Positions 40,598 through 50,624 of a DNA stretch of 64,000 nucleotides are shown here, in pieces; position 1 is the stretch's first letter; each line of letters opens with the position of its first letter. Where the stretch lies: the sequence record MK234886; one strand, 5' to 3'. The notes below the pieces were generated by a model. The model was not told the DNA's origin. It saw nothing but the letters and a program-made list of their open reading frames with translations, and did no database searches. The DNA comes from Escherichia phage AnYang. Position numbers and translations under genes: made by a program.

Positions 40598-42808
40598 TTA
40601 AGCCGCTTCCACGGCTTTCATGAATTTAACGATTTGAGCTACAGAAGCCTCGGTAATGGATGTTCCACGACGATACATGTAGTCCGAAACTAAATGGTAA
40701 TCAGATTCAAACTGTACAGTCATTTTATCATTGTTACTTGAAGCATTATTGGTTAACGTATTAAACGTATTGTTACAAATTCTCTTGGTGATATTCAATT
40801 TATCATCAGTGATATATCCATGGAAATTCATATAACGGAATATATCATAGAAATTACTCAGACGAGTATATGCTTCAGTCACCGGCTTATCACTAAAATA
40901 CTTGGTCATGAAACCGAGCTCAGGGAACTTGGCAATAATTTCAAGGTAATACCGAGCACGGGTATTACTACCAAGGTAATCATCAACATCTACCGCATCT
41001 AGAGCTTCGGTATAGGCTTCTAATGTAGCTTCCATCAAGCATTCACACTGGCCTAACTTTTTAATCTTTTTGGCAATCTGAGGGCGAATGATATGGAATT
41101 CTGTTACACCAATCAAATTAGCCATACGACACATAGTAGTGGTGTTGATGTCAAAGATACCATAAGCTTCGTCCATACCAAAGATATCAGAACGACTGCC
41201 AAACAGCACGTAACCTGTAATTTCTTCTGCTTCTGCGGCGGTCAAATACATGGTCTCTGTTTGCCAACGCCCATCTTTAATGAACCAACGATAAGCACTT
41301 GGTGTTTTAGGACGAGGTTCTGATGAGCGAACAGTAACCGGAATCCATGGCTTAACAATTTTATTCAGTTCAGAGACTTTATAAAAATGAATTGTGTCAC
41401 CTTTAAAAAGTTCTTTAACCTTTTCAAGCTGCTGCATTTGCAGCAAAGAATTAGGGTCGACAAAAATAAGGTCTGTTCCGTATTTAGGAATATTGTGCTC
41501 TTTAACAATTTTCTTGGCTGAAGCACTGCTGTCCATTGCCAGGGCCCAAAGTCCTCGAACTAATGGCACACGGCCCTTTTCATCATCATAAACAACATGG
41601 ATTTCTTTCTTATTAATGCCTAATAAACTACTAAGTCCTGCTACTGAAGAAGTATTACCACTCGGCTTAATTCGTTTCAAACGTGGGTCCATACAAACTT
41701 CATAAACAACGCCTAAATTAAGAAGGTCGTTTTGGAGTGTATAACGCTGGTATAATTTCTCGTATGTTAATTTTTCAGTTGTGAACTGTTTAGTAATGCC
41801 TCTTTTAGAAAGATAATCACGGGCACTATAACCGAGATTAGAAAGGTCACGATAAACATGACGTGGATTATCGGATTCAACCCATTCCTTCGTATCATTT
41901 TTAAAGACCACTGCATCCAGTGCTTCGATACGGGTTGCAATATTTTCCATCGTGCGTTTATCAAGAGACAGCACTTCACGAGACGGAGCAATATCCAGTG
42001 AACCCATAGGGAACTTAATATAAACTACGTCATGTCGAGTACGCATCCATGTGCCTTTATTATAAGCTGAATCTAATGGGTAGACAATACCACCATAAAC
42101 AGCATAAAGACCACTTCGTTCGAAATCACCATAACCTGTATCGGTTACTGGGTAGTAGTCTTCGAATTCAGGGAAATAATCAACTTCAACGCCATCAACA
42201 TCACCAAGACCAACAAATGGGCGCATGATATAACGAATTTCGGTTTCAAACTTACGGAAATCCGATTCATCTACAGGAACTGTGATTTCAATGCCTGTTT
42301 TATCATCAGGGCCCATAGGCTCTACAAATGTAGGTTTAATCTGTGGACCATCACCGTCCATATAAGCTACGTAACCACGAACTTCACCGTTATGCCATGA
42401 CGTGATATTAAACGTTTCCGTATAACTGAACGGAGATTTTGAACCAAGGCCAAATCCACCGATGAAATCGTTAGAAGAGGTTTTAGAAGAAGCAAAATAA
42501 GAATTATACAGACCTGGTTCTTCATCATTACCACGAATCTGGAAATCACTCATGCCTGGACCGAAATCACGGCATACGAAACGTGGGTCCAGTTTACCAG
42601 GAACCTGTACTTTCCAGCGTTCTGTATTGCCATTCAGCATATGGGCATCAATCATGTTAGTAATTAGTTCACGTACTACAGCACGTACTTTATTACTATA
42701 AAGGTCTGATGACAGAATTTTAAAGACCTTAGGCGAGGCCTGGATAGTAAACCCTGTGGACTTAGCACCATTACCAATGATTTGTTCTTTTTCGGTTTCA
42801 ATAATCAT
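40598..42808 (-). CDS. rIIA: rIIA
   Basis: 736 aa directly upstream of rIIB; size and synteny match T4 rIIA. Confidence 0.9.
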   Translation of the reverse strand: MIIETEKEQIIGNGAKSTGFTIQASPKVFKILSSDLYSNKVRAVVRELITNMIDAHMLNGNTERWKVQVPGKLDPRFVCRDFGPGMSDFQIRGNDEEPGLYNSYFASSKTSSNDFIGGFGLGSKSPFSYTETFNITSWHNGEVRGYVAYMDGDGPQIKPTFVEPMGPDDKTGIEITVPVDESDFRKFETEIRYIMRPFVGLGDVDGVEVDYFPEFEDYYPVTDTGYGDFERSGLYAVYGGIVYPLDSAYNKGTWMRTRHDVVYIKFPMGSLDIAPSREVLSLDKRTMENIATRIEALDAVVFKNDTKEWVESDNPRHVYRDLSNLGYSARDYLSKRGITKQFTTEKLTYEKLYQRYTLQNDLLNLGVVYEVCMDPRLKRIKPSGNTSSVAGLSSLLGINKKEIHVVYDDEKGRVPLVRGLWALAMDSSASAKKIVKEHNIPKYGTDLIFVDPNSLLQMQQLEKVKELFKGDTIHFYKVSELNKIVKPWIPVTVRSSEPRPKTPSAYRWFIKDGRWQTETMYLTAAEAEEITGYVLFGSRSDIFGMDEAYGIFDINTTTMCRMANLIGVTEFHIIRPQIAKKIKKLGQCECLMEATLEAYTEALDAVDVDDYLGSNTRARYYLEIIAKFPELGFMTKYFSDKPVTEAYTRLSNFYDIFRYMNFHGYITDDKLNITKRICNNTFNTLTNNASSNNDKMTVQFESDYHLVSDYMYRRGTSITEASVAQIVKFMKAVEAA

Positions 42809-42815
42809 ATTTTTC

Positions 42816-43019
42816 TCAATTCAGGTTACGTTTAAAAAGGTCTGCCACTTCAAGGAGCTCGTCCTTAGTAGCGATGTCGTTGAGTATTTTATATCTGATT
42901 TCTTTAAAGCGTTCTTTAAAATCCTCAGCCGCATTGATATCAAAAAATCGCTGGATTAATCGGAATTCTTTATGGACTGCTTTATCGAACAAATCAATAT
43001 TCACTTTAAAGTTTGTCAT
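42816..43019 (-). CDS. hypothetical protein (rIIA.1-like position)
   Basis: ORF track. Confidence 0.4.
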   Translation of the reverse strand: MTNFKVNIDLFDKAVHKEFRLIQRFFDINAAEDFKERFKEIRYKILNDIATKDELLEVADLFKRNLN

Positions 43020-43329
43020 TTTTAACTACCTCATGTTGAACATATTCTCTGGTAGAACCAAGTTCAGCCAGAATTCTTCTCATAGAACCCATTGTACTTT
43101 TGTGCTCTCTGTGGCGATACATTATCTCTAAAACCTTTTCCTGGACCACAGGAGAGAGCGCCTGGTTATCTTTAATCTTTAAGGCAATAGATTTTACAGC
43201 CTTAAGGTATTCAAGTCCCTTACCGCTTGTAGTCACTACTCCTTCATCTTTACAGTTACGAATAGCCGTTTCCATAAAGGATAAAGCCAGGTTGTCAGTA
43301 TTCACTATACTGTTATCTTGCATAATCAT
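43006..43329 (-). CDS. hypothetical protein
   Basis: ORF track trimmed to the ATG after SD GAGGTGA. Confidence 0.4.
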   Translation of the reverse strand: MIMQDNSIVNTDNLALSFMETAIRNCKDEGVVTTSGKGLEYLKAVKSIALKIKDNQALSPVVQEKVLEIMYRHREHKSTMGSMRRILAELGSTREYVQHEVVKNDKL

Positions 43330-43375
43330 ATTCTCACCTCTAGATAATCCTATCACAGTTTTGTTATGTTGTAAA

Positions 43376-43397
43376 CCCCGAAAAGGGCCCGAAGGCC
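43376..43397 (-). terminator. intrinsic terminator
   Basis: GGGCC-TTCG-GGCCC hairpin followed by TTTTCGGGG; an early promoter follows. Confidence 0.55.
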
Positions 43398-43402
43398 CTT
43401 AA

Positions 43403-43555
43403 TTATTCAATTTTGTAGACTTGTCCTCGAACTTGATAAAATTCGCCTTCCCAGGTTTCTACCATAATGGTCACGTACTCTGCGAACAAAGGTCTCTTCT
43501 CAGCCCAGAGATATCCAAATTCACCGGTGGCTAGCGTTATCCAGTACTTTCTCAT
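43403..43555 (-). CDS. hypothetical small protein (about 50 aa)
   Basis: ORF track 43403..43690 overlaps gene 39; the internal Met downstream of the gene 39 stop is the likely start; terminator follows. Confidence 0.3.
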   Translation of the reverse strand: MRKYWITLATGEFGYLWAEKRPLFAEYVTIMVETWEGEFYQVRGQVYKIE

Positions 43556-43598
43556 AAAGTCTCCTAATTGTATGGCACTCATGTACCATACATATTTA

Positions 43599-45416
43599 TT
43601 ACGACATCCAGGCCTTACGGAGTTGAGGGTCATTTCCGAGGAGCATTTCGAACTGTTCTTTCCAATCTTCAGGCAATTGAACCACATCAAATTTAGGGTC
43701 TTGAATCATTCGACGGTATTCAGCCTTCTCAAGAGAACCTAGTCCTTTGATATAACGAATAGAATGTTTTGGTAGAGAGTCCTTAGCTTTGGTATAACTA
43801 GGAACATCATAGAACCATTCCTGTTCTTTACCAACCTGGGCAATAATCACCGGAGTTTTACAGAATCGTACTCGACCCTGTTCGAACAATTCAGGCCATT
43901 GACTAAAGAAGGCTAGCAATGATGGATAAATCGAACCAGTACCATCCACATCAGCATCAGTCATGATAGCGATATTACGATAGTTAGTTTTCTCTGCGGG
44001 TTCGCCAATAACCAGTCCAGTGATTGCACAGATATCAAATAGTTCCTTGTTCTTCATGATATCTGTTGCTGTCATTCCCCAGGTATTCATAACCTTACCA
44101 CGTAATGGATACCCGCCTTGAAGGTCTTTATTACGAACTTCAATGAAAGGACCCATAGCGGAATCACCTTCGGTTAGGAACAGGGTTGTATCAGCATCTT
44201 TGCCGTATAAGTTAGCTTTAATATGCTTATGGACCTTGGCTTTAGAAGCTTTCTTAGCGGCTTTAGTTTCGGCAGCCTTTTCAGCTGCTAATTTACGTGC
44301 TAAAGCAGCTTCAACGATAGGCATAATCAACCCTTCGTCTTTAAGAATATACTGTGAGATTTTCTTTGCATCAATTTGAATATGGTTACGAATTTCACCG
44401 AATGGTGACGTCAAACGTTCTTTAGTCTGGGAATCAAAACGCATATTACTCATATCGCGAATGAACATCAGCATAGTTAAGCATTCTTTAACTCGTGCCT
44501 TACTTACTTCGATGCCTTTATATTTCTTCTTGATGCCTGGCAAGAGATGTTCGCAGATATCATCAAACACACATTCAACATGATGACCACCGTTCTTAGT
44601 ATGAATATTGTTCACATAAGTTAGGTGACGGAATCCATCTGGAGATGTAGTAAATGCCAATGAGACATTATCGGTTTCTTGAATTACTACATCTTTACCA
44701 AATTGATTGGCATACTTTTTAAAGTTGCCATCTACTTTTTTACCATTAAAAGTAAATTGAATATCAGGATAAATTACAGCTAGAGTTTTAAGACGATCTA
44801 GAGTAATATCCAGATAAATTTGTGATAGAGAGTTCTCTTCAAAATGATTAAAGTCTGGAGTGAATATAACCGAAGTACCCTTACCTTTAGATTTCTTAGT
44901 AGACCAACCTTTGTTTTCCATTCCATTGGAACAGTTAACTGTAATTTCATTCTCGCCATCAGAGGTGATGCCTGTGAACAAAACAGAGAAGATATTAGTT
45001 AAACTACTACCGACACCATTCATGCCGCCTGTCTTACGCTCTGCATCATCTCCAAAGTTACCACCTGCCTTTGGGATAGTCCATGCAGCTACAGGACCTG
45101 GGATTTGTTCACCATTTTGATCGATGACCATTGCTTGTGGAATACCACGACCATTATCAGAAACTGAAACCTGGTTATTCTTAATTTGAACATCAATTTT
45201 ATTTGCGAACTTAAAATTGGTGCGAATAGCTTCATCGACAGAGTTATCAATGATTTCGTCAATTAATTTAACCAGTCCAGGAACATAGTTCACCTGAGTA
45301 AAATTACCAAACAGGAATCGACCGTGAGCTTCATTAGCACTGGAGCCAATATACATCCCACTACGTTTTTTGATATGTTCAATGTCGGACAGTACTTTAA
45401 TTTCATTCTTAATCAT
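43599..45416 (-). CDS. 39: gp39 topoisomerase II large subunit (GyrB-like ATPase), unsplit
   Basis: 605 aa single ORF with GHKL ATPase and TOPRIM features; no gene 60 split. Confidence 0.9.
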   Translation of the reverse strand: MIKNEIKVLSDIEHIKKRSGMYIGSSANEAHGRFLFGNFTQVNYVPGLVKLIDEIIDNSVDEAIRTNFKFANKIDVQIKNNQVSVSDNGRGIPQAMVIDQNGEQIPGPVAAWTIPKAGGNFGDDAERKTGGMNGVGSSLTNIFSVLFTGITSDGENEITVNCSNGMENKGWSTKKSKGKGTSVIFTPDFNHFEENSLSQIYLDITLDRLKTLAVIYPDIQFTFNGKKVDGNFKKYANQFGKDVVIQETDNVSLAFTTSPDGFRHLTYVNNIHTKNGGHHVECVFDDICEHLLPGIKKKYKGIEVSKARVKECLTMLMFIRDMSNMRFDSQTKERLTSPFGEIRNHIQIDAKKISQYILKDEGLIMPIVEAALARKLAAEKAAETKAAKKASKAKVHKHIKANLYGKDADTTLFLTEGDSAMGPFIEVRNKDLQGGYPLRGKVMNTWGMTATDIMKNKELFDICAITGLVIGEPAEKTNYRNIAIMTDADVDGTGSIYPSLLAFFSQWPELFEQGRVRFCKTPVIIAQVGKEQEWFYDVPSYTKAKDSLPKHSIRYIKGLGSLEKAEYRRMIQDPKFDVVQLPEDWKEQFEMLLGNDPQLRKAWMS

Positions 45417-45464
45417 GTTATTTCCTCATGTAGTAGGAGAATATTATCCCATTTCACTTAAAGC

Positions 45465-45482
45465 ATAAAAGGGCCGAAGCCC
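45465..45482 (-). terminator. intrinsic terminator downstream of the lipoprotein gene
   Basis: GGGC-TTCG-GCCC hairpin followed by TTTT. Confidence 0.5.
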
Positions 45483-45743
45483 TTAATCAAATCGAATGGT
45501 CGACTTTTTAAAGAATAACCCGGAACAAACTGTCCCTTCAACCCTTTTACCTGTCGGCCCTACAGCAATAAAGCCTGTACGTTGGAAATCATCTTCAGAG
45601 CAGCCAAATAGGTTGTATCCTGTGATTTGGATTTGTTCGTAGCCATTTGCATCCAATACACGGGTAGCATTATCGGCATCAGTACAACCAACCAACGAAA
45701 CTGCTAGTACAAGAGCTGCAATAGAACGATTAATATATTTCAT
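45483..45743 (-). CDS. putative lipoprotein (86 aa)
   Basis: Signal peptide with lipobox LVGC; terminator hairpin downstream. Confidence 0.5.
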   Translation of the reverse strand: MKYINRSIAALVLAVSLVGCTDADNATRVLDANGYEQIQITGYNLFGCSEDDFQRTGFIAVGPTGKRVEGTVCSGLFFKKSTIRFD

Positions 45744-45749
45744 AATTTC

Positions 45750-45926
45750 TCACTTAGTCAGCAGGTCGTAAAACCCACCATTAACATGTTTAGGGGCCGA
45801 GACTAACCGAACAGCCAGCCGATGGCAATCAGGACAAACATCATTATCTCTTTCAGAGATTTTCTTGATTTTTTCGTATTCTTTTGCACAGTCTTCAGAT
45901 TGGCATTTATAATCATAAAGTGGCAT
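45750..45926 (-). CDS. FmdB-like zinc-ribbon protein (58 aa), not in ORF track
   Basis: Manual translation MPLYDYKCQSEDCAKEYEKIKKISERDNDVCPDCHRLAVRLVSAPKHVNGGFYDLLTK; CxxxxC...CPxC; SD AAGGAA. Confidence 0.4.
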   Translation of the reverse strand: MPLYDYKCQSEDCAKEYEKIKKISERDNDVCPDCHRLAVRLVSAPKHVNGGFYDLLTK

Positions 45927-45927
45927 A

Positions 45928-46335
45928 TTATTCCTTAAAGTGAGCTTTCAACATCTGGTAAACGGTCCAGGCTTCAGAGTTATTAGAGATAGTGATTTTA
46001 GTCAAAGGGAAATCACTCGGTTCGGACGGTTCATCACTATCATCGTAGTCATAATCACGGTCTTCATCCAATTCTTCGTCGCACTCAACTTCAACCATTT
46101 CGGTAAAAAATTTCCTCTCACTAGCGTATATAACCATATCTTTATTATCGCCGTAAACCAGGTCGAAGTTGGTTACACATCCATTTGAAATTTTAACCGG
46201 GGAAAAACCTTCACCTTCAATAATAACATCGGCTACAATATTATTGATACCTCTACGACGGAATTCAGCTTCTGCCGCATCATCTTTAAAATAGTACCAT
46301 TTACCTTTTTCAAATTCAGGTTCTTGATTAAGCAT
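45928..46335 (-). CDS. hypothetical protein with strongly acidic C-terminal segment
   Basis: ORF track trimmed to internal Met; C-terminal DEELDEDRDYDYDDSDEPSEPSDF. Confidence 0.4.
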   Translation of the reverse strand: MLNQEPEFEKGKWYYFKDDAAEAEFRRRGINNIVADVIIEGEGFSPVKISNGCVTNFDLVYGDNKDMVIYASERKFFTEMVEVECDEELDEDRDYDYDDSDEPSEPSDFPLTKITISNNSEAWTVYQMLKAHFKE

Positions 46336-46546
46336 TGTAAGTTTCCTTCCAGAAGTCGGTGCCTTCAGCAGTGATTTCACGGAACACTGCATAGATAGGG
46401 GTTTTATCGCCTTGATTTTCGTATACATAAACCGACGATAAATGAGAAAACGTATCAGAATGTTCCTTTTGAACCACGATTAAATCCGGGTTGAACAGAA
46501 CATCTTCAAATTCTTCACGAGTCGAGTTCACAGTAACTTTAGCCAT
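46328..46546 (-). CDS. hypothetical protein (72 aa)
   Basis: ORF track. Confidence 0.4.
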   Translation of the reverse strand: MAKVTVNSTREEFEDVLFNPDLIVVQKEHSDTFSHLSSVYVYENQGDKTPIYAVFREITAEGTDFWKETYNA

Positions 46547-46620
46547 TTTATTTTCCTCTCATTTGTTGATAGGGTAATCTTATCACTACCCTACCATATT
46601 GTATACTGTTTTTTTAAACT

Positions 46621-47187
46621 TTATGCGCGATGAATATTGGCATATTCAACAATAAAGCTTTCAGGGACCACCTTAAAGGTTCCAAGGAATACGATGTTAT
46701 AGAGTTTAACACCTTCTTCAACCCATTGGTCTGTGATATAACCGGACATGCTAGTGGTTTCATAAGTACCGAAAATTTCGTCATAGTATTCAAACGGCTT
46801 AGGGGAAACGAAAAAGACACCCGCGCCTAATTCCCATTTAAAATGGACACCCACATGAGACTGGTCAATAGTTTCAACGTCTTGAGCTACTACGCCACGG
46901 ATATCATTGCTTTCACATACATACCCATCATGGGATTCAACTTCTTCAACTACAGGAGCGATGTATCCAGTGAATTCAGTTGATTCCAAGAATTTAGCAC
47001 GCACATAAGCGAATTGAGTTTCAGTCTGGCCATTTTTAGGAATGATACGCACTTTTACTTCAGAATTTTCTTCACTGATACCTTCTTTAAGTTGGATGCT
47101 AACAACTTCAACTAAATGGCCTGCAGCTTTTGAACGAGACTTTTTGGATACACGAACAATACCGCCGATATCGGAAATAGTAATCAT
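46621..47187 (-). CDS. hypothetical protein, paralog A of a tandem pair
   Basis: C-terminal GYITDQWVEEGVKLYNIVFLGTFKVVPE shared with the adjacent ORF; own early promoter 47229..47257. Confidence 0.45.
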   Translation of the reverse strand: MITISDIGGIVRVSKKSRSKAAGHLVEVVSIQLKEGISEENSEVKVRIIPKNGQTETQFAYVRAKFLESTEFTGYIAPVVEEVESHDGYVCESNDIRGVVAQDVETIDQSHVGVHFKWELGAGVFFVSPKPFEYYDEIFGTYETTSMSGYITDQWVEEGVKLYNIVFLGTFKVVPESFIVEYANIHRA

Positions 47188-47228
47188 AATTTTCTCTCTT
47201 GGTTAAAAGTTTATTCTCCGTAAGAGCC

Positions 47229-47257
47229 ATTATAACATGGCTCTCGATAAAGTAAAC
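47229..47257 (-). promoter_or_regulatory. T4-type early promoter with stem-loop
   Basis: -35 GTTTAC (47252..47257), 17-nt spacer, -10 TATAAT (47229..47234); inverted repeat AGAGCCAT/ATGGCTCT. Confidence 0.6.
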
Positions 47258-47259
47258 TA

Positions 47260-47808
47260 CTAATTCAATACATTAACCACTGCATTACGAGGTACTACAC
47301 TAAAATCACCTGCATGGACAACGTTCAGCAGCTCAACACCGTCTTCAACCCACTGGTCTGTTACCCAACCACAGATAGGATTATCAAAAGGACGACGGAT
47401 AGACACAGCAACACACAGCAGGTCAGTAGGGTCTTGTTCTTCAACTTCTTGGAACAGGATGAACTCTGCTTCATAAACCAAGATTTTCTCTATTTTGTTA
47501 TTATCTAATCGACGGCCGTGGATGACGTAAGATTTGGCAAACCAGTCACTTTTGGTAAATTCTTCAACAATAAATTCGCCTTCGCCAAAAACATCAGTCA
47601 GAGTTTTATGGCCGGAAATCAAGGCATTAGTTTTAATTTCAGGTTCAACCAGTTTATAGGTTTTGCCGATTTTGATAGTCTGAGTAGTCATAGTGGTTTC
47701 CTTAATTTCCAGTGGTTTAACAGGGCATACATAAGTGCTTAAAACATCAAAATCAATCAGTTTAGCTGCCGGATTTGGAGTGTATTTAGGGTTGTAATTA
47801 AATTTCAT
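47260..47808 (-). CDS. hypothetical protein, paralog B of a tandem pair
   Basis: C-terminal CGWVTDQWVEDGVELLNVVHAGDFSVVPR shared with paralog A. Confidence 0.45.
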   Translation of the reverse strand: MKFNYNPKYTPNPAAKLIDFDVLSTYVCPVKPLEIKETTMTTQTIKIGKTYKLVEPEIKTNALISGHKTLTDVFGEGEFIVEEFTKSDWFAKSYVIHGRRLDNNKIEKILVYEAEFILFQEVEEQDPTDLLCVAVSIRRPFDNPICGWVTDQWVEDGVELLNVVHAGDFSVVPRNAVVNVLN

Positions 47809-48314
47809 ATTGTTCTCAATTCAATAAAATCTACGAGTTCAGCATGGGATTTGCGGAACATTACTTGGCGGCCACCAATGACAACCTCATCTTCTGGTAT
47901 TTCGTAAACAGCAAGATAGAATCCTTTAGAAGATAATTCAGCACGCTCTTCACGAGTAAACCAGCGCATCATATCATACTCGCTGGCAAAGGCAAAATGG
48001 TAGAGGTTAACAAACCAACCTGGAATGTAGTTATCTACACCTTTATAATCTTCATGTTCGAATTTGGTTTTAATTACCATATTAGAATTTTTAACCAACA
48101 ATTCGTCTTGACTTGGTAGTGGAATATTTTTATTATTGGTATGATGGTGTCTAAAATTAGGTCTGTCGAAACCTACTTCCAATAACCAACCTTCACTCCA
48201 TTCGTCAAATGAGCCTCTATACGGGGTTAATTGGCGGCATTGTTGACGAGTGATTGCGATAACATCGCTGTTGTCTAGGATACTGAACGATGACTCCACT
48301 CGATAAATTTTCAT
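47805..48314 (-). CDS. hypothetical protein (169 aa)
   Basis: ORF track; promoter 48342..48370. Confidence 0.45.
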   Translation of the reverse strand: MKIYRVESSFSILDNSDVIAITRQQCRQLTPYRGSFDEWSEGWLLEVGFDRPNFRHHHTNNKNIPLPSQDELLVKNSNMVIKTKFEHEDYKGVDNYIPGWFVNLYHFAFASEYDMMRWFTREERAELSSKGFYLAVYEIPEDEVVIGGRQVMFRKSHAELVDFIELRTI

Positions 48315-48341
48315 TTTGTTCTCCTCATGTTGATAGGGTAG

Positions 48342-48370
48342 ATAATATCATGTCATGAGGAGAAGTAAAC
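48342..48370 (-). promoter_or_regulatory. T4-type early promoter with stem-loop
   Basis: -35 GTTTAC (48365..48370), -10 TATTAT; inverted repeat CTCCTCATG/CATGAGGAG. Confidence 0.5.
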
Positions 48371-48374
48371 ACTT

Positions 48375-49049
48375 TTATCGATTTTTTACACTTAACGGGT
48401 CAGGATTCTCAGGGACATCTTCCAGGCCCAAGGCGTATCGTTGGGCATATTTAAGCATCAAGATATCCTTAGCACAGTCATGGATGGAGTCATGAGCAAC
48501 AAAGCCGTTCAATGTTCCGTTAGGCAGAGGACACATGCTCAATCCACGAGTCAATGAATATGCTTCAATAGCCGTACGGATGTCACGTTGGTTCCAGAAT
48601 TTAACCGGTTCTAATTTGCTGGTATCGATTTCATTCTCAGGGACACCTTCAGAACGATAAGCATCGCGAATAAGGTCGACTAAGATAGGAAAGTCAAATG
48701 ACATTCCACGACACCACATCTGTGATTTCCATTGGTCCACTTCGTTTTTACGGCAGTATTCCAGGAAATTACCAAGGCCGATAGAAGTGCTCACATCAAT
48801 TTCAGATGGCGCCAGGTTTTTACGTGCTTCAGGCCCTTGCTCTTTCCACCACTGTAACGTGCTTTTAGAAAACAGTCGTCTATCACGTTGAGAAGCGAGG
48901 TCAAATTTAATACGAAGGCCCCGTCGAGTAAGCTCTTCAAACGTTTCTACAACCTCTGGATTAGGGTCATAAGCAATTACCGCGAGGTCGATAACCGCCG
49001 CGTTTTGGGTAGTGGCAAAGGTTTCAAAGTCAATAATTATATCTTTCAT
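48375..49049 (-). CDS. dexA: DexA-like 3'-5' exonuclease A
   Basis: 224 aa with DnaQ-like N-terminus IIDFETF; located upstream of dda as in T4. Confidence 0.65.
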   Translation of the reverse strand: MKDIIIDFETFATTQNAAVIDLAVIAYDPNPEVVETFEELTRRGLRIKFDLASQRDRRLFSKSTLQWWKEQGPEARKNLAPSEIDVSTSIGLGNFLEYCRKNEVDQWKSQMWCRGMSFDFPILVDLIRDAYRSEGVPENEIDTSKLEPVKFWNQRDIRTAIEAYSLTRGLSMCPLPNGTLNGFVAHDSIHDCAKDILMLKYAQRYALGLEDVPENPDPLSVKNR

Positions 49050-49285
49050 TTAACATACCTCATAAGGTCACGGATTTGACCGACGGTGTAGTCTTCAATA
49101 TAAACCGAAGAGATATTGTCGTCCATCAGTTTTTGTACAGCAATAAAATCGTATTCAATCTCTTTAAGAGAATGCAAGACCTTATGAGCCTTGCCACGGA
49201 TATTGGTATCGTCTTGGTTGACCTTAATAATATATTCTGTTTCAAATTTCAACTTATAAAATTGGTCTTTAGTTACTTTAATCAT
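49046..49285 (-). CDS. hypothetical protein; start probably ATG 49285
   Basis: ORF track 49046..49336 overlaps the dda 3' end; an internal Met lies just past the dda stop. Confidence 0.35.
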   Translation of the reverse strand: MIKVTKDQFYKLKFETEYIIKVNQDDTNIRGKAHKVLHSLKEIEYDFIAVQKLMDDNISSVYIEDYTVGQIRDLMRYVK

Positions 49286-49292
49286 ATTTTCC

Positions 49293-50624
49293 TCAAACGT
49301 AATAAGCATCAGTACGAGCACGAGTAATACTAACATAAGCTAGCTGTGAAGCTAAACTCACATCAGCCATATGCATACACGGCGTATAGATGAAACTGTT
49401 CTGGACCGTGAGGCCTTGGGATTTATGAACAGTGCTCACAGGAAGAGCTCGAACCTTAGTAAACATTCTCTTAGCTTTCCAAAAATCAGCCCACTTAGGT
49501 TTCTTACCACTACCACGCATGGCTTTGTACTCAGTAGCAACCTTAGCCAAGAAATAATGGAACTTCTCAACCGAAGCCTCATCAATAACCTTTAAGTGCT
49601 CTACGTAATACTCATCATCTTCATCGATAGATTCTACTTGGAGGTCCCAGTAATTAATCATTTGTCGAGTGCCTACATCCTTAGCAGACAAGAACAATGA
49701 GGTGTGGTTCACATCTAGAATACGAACCATTTGACCATTATTAAAAATGGTTTCAGAGAATTTCTTACCGTCGTATTCAAGTTCCTTCATAAAAGGCTCT
49801 TGCATTACCAGGATTTCACCTTTGATATAAGGTGCATCGGTTTCGTAAAGCTTTTTACGAATAATGCTATTCAGCTTTTCAACCGATTTATTTGTATAAG
49901 CAAACATCCTATTTTCAAATAAGGCATCCGCGTCTTTTACAATGGAAAAATAATTCATCATAAAATCTTTTAAAGCGGTTTGGGATTTAAAGCCATGAAC
50001 ACCATGTCCTTCGAATACACAATCTCTAAACCATCCACCATTACGGATTTCAGTAGCAACCTCAATGATAGGAGCATTACTACGCATTACTTCGGTCAAA
50101 TGCAATTGCTTGATTTTTGGATGAGTAAAGAACGGAGACAACTGTGGACTACCATCACTTCCAGGTTCCACTGGCTGTAGCTGAGCTCTGTCGCCAATCC
50201 CTAATACAGTACACCATGGAGGCACGGAAGATTCAATAATCTTAAACAGCTTACCGTCAATCATCGAGCCTTCATCAACAACTAGCACATTACATTTACT
50301 CAAATCAGGAGCTTCGCGTTGTTCAAAGATGTCCTGGTCTTCGTATGTGGTAGGGTTAATCTTTAAGATTCTATGGATTGTTGATGCTTCTTGACCTGCG
50401 AGTTTCGACAACACCTTTTTGGCCGCATGAGTGGGTGCAGTCAAAATAACTCCGAGTTCACCATTCTTGACTAGATGGTCAAGAATAAATTTGGTAAGGG
50501 TTGTTTTACCCGTACCGGCTGGACCGTTCAATGTAATCCATTCGCCCTTACGTCGTTTAATAGCTTCAATGATTTCTTTAAAAGCCGTCCTCTGGCCAAT
50601 GTTCAAGTCTTCAAATGTAATCAT
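49293..50624 (-). CDS. dda: Dda DNA helicase (SF1B)
   Basis: 443 aa; Walker A GPAGTGKTT; close match to remembered T4 Dda throughout. Confidence 0.9.
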   Translation of the reverse strand: MITFEDLNIGQRTAFKEIIEAIKRRKGEWITLNGPAGTGKTTLTKFILDHLVKNGELGVILTAPTHAAKKVLSKLAGQEASTIHRILKINPTTYEDQDIFEQREAPDLSKCNVLVVDEGSMIDGKLFKIIESSVPPWCTVLGIGDRAQLQPVEPGSDGSPQLSPFFTHPKIKQLHLTEVMRSNAPIIEVATEIRNGGWFRDCVFEGHGVHGFKSQTALKDFMMNYFSIVKDADALFENRMFAYTNKSVEKLNSIIRKKLYETDAPYIKGEILVMQEPFMKELEYDGKKFSETIFNNGQMVRILDVNHTSLFLSAKDVGTRQMINYWDLQVESIDEDDEYYVEHLKVIDEASVEKFHYFLAKVATEYKAMRGSGKKPKWADFWKAKRMFTKVRALPVSTVHKSQGLTVQNSFIYTPCMHMADVSLASQLAYVSITRARTDAYYV

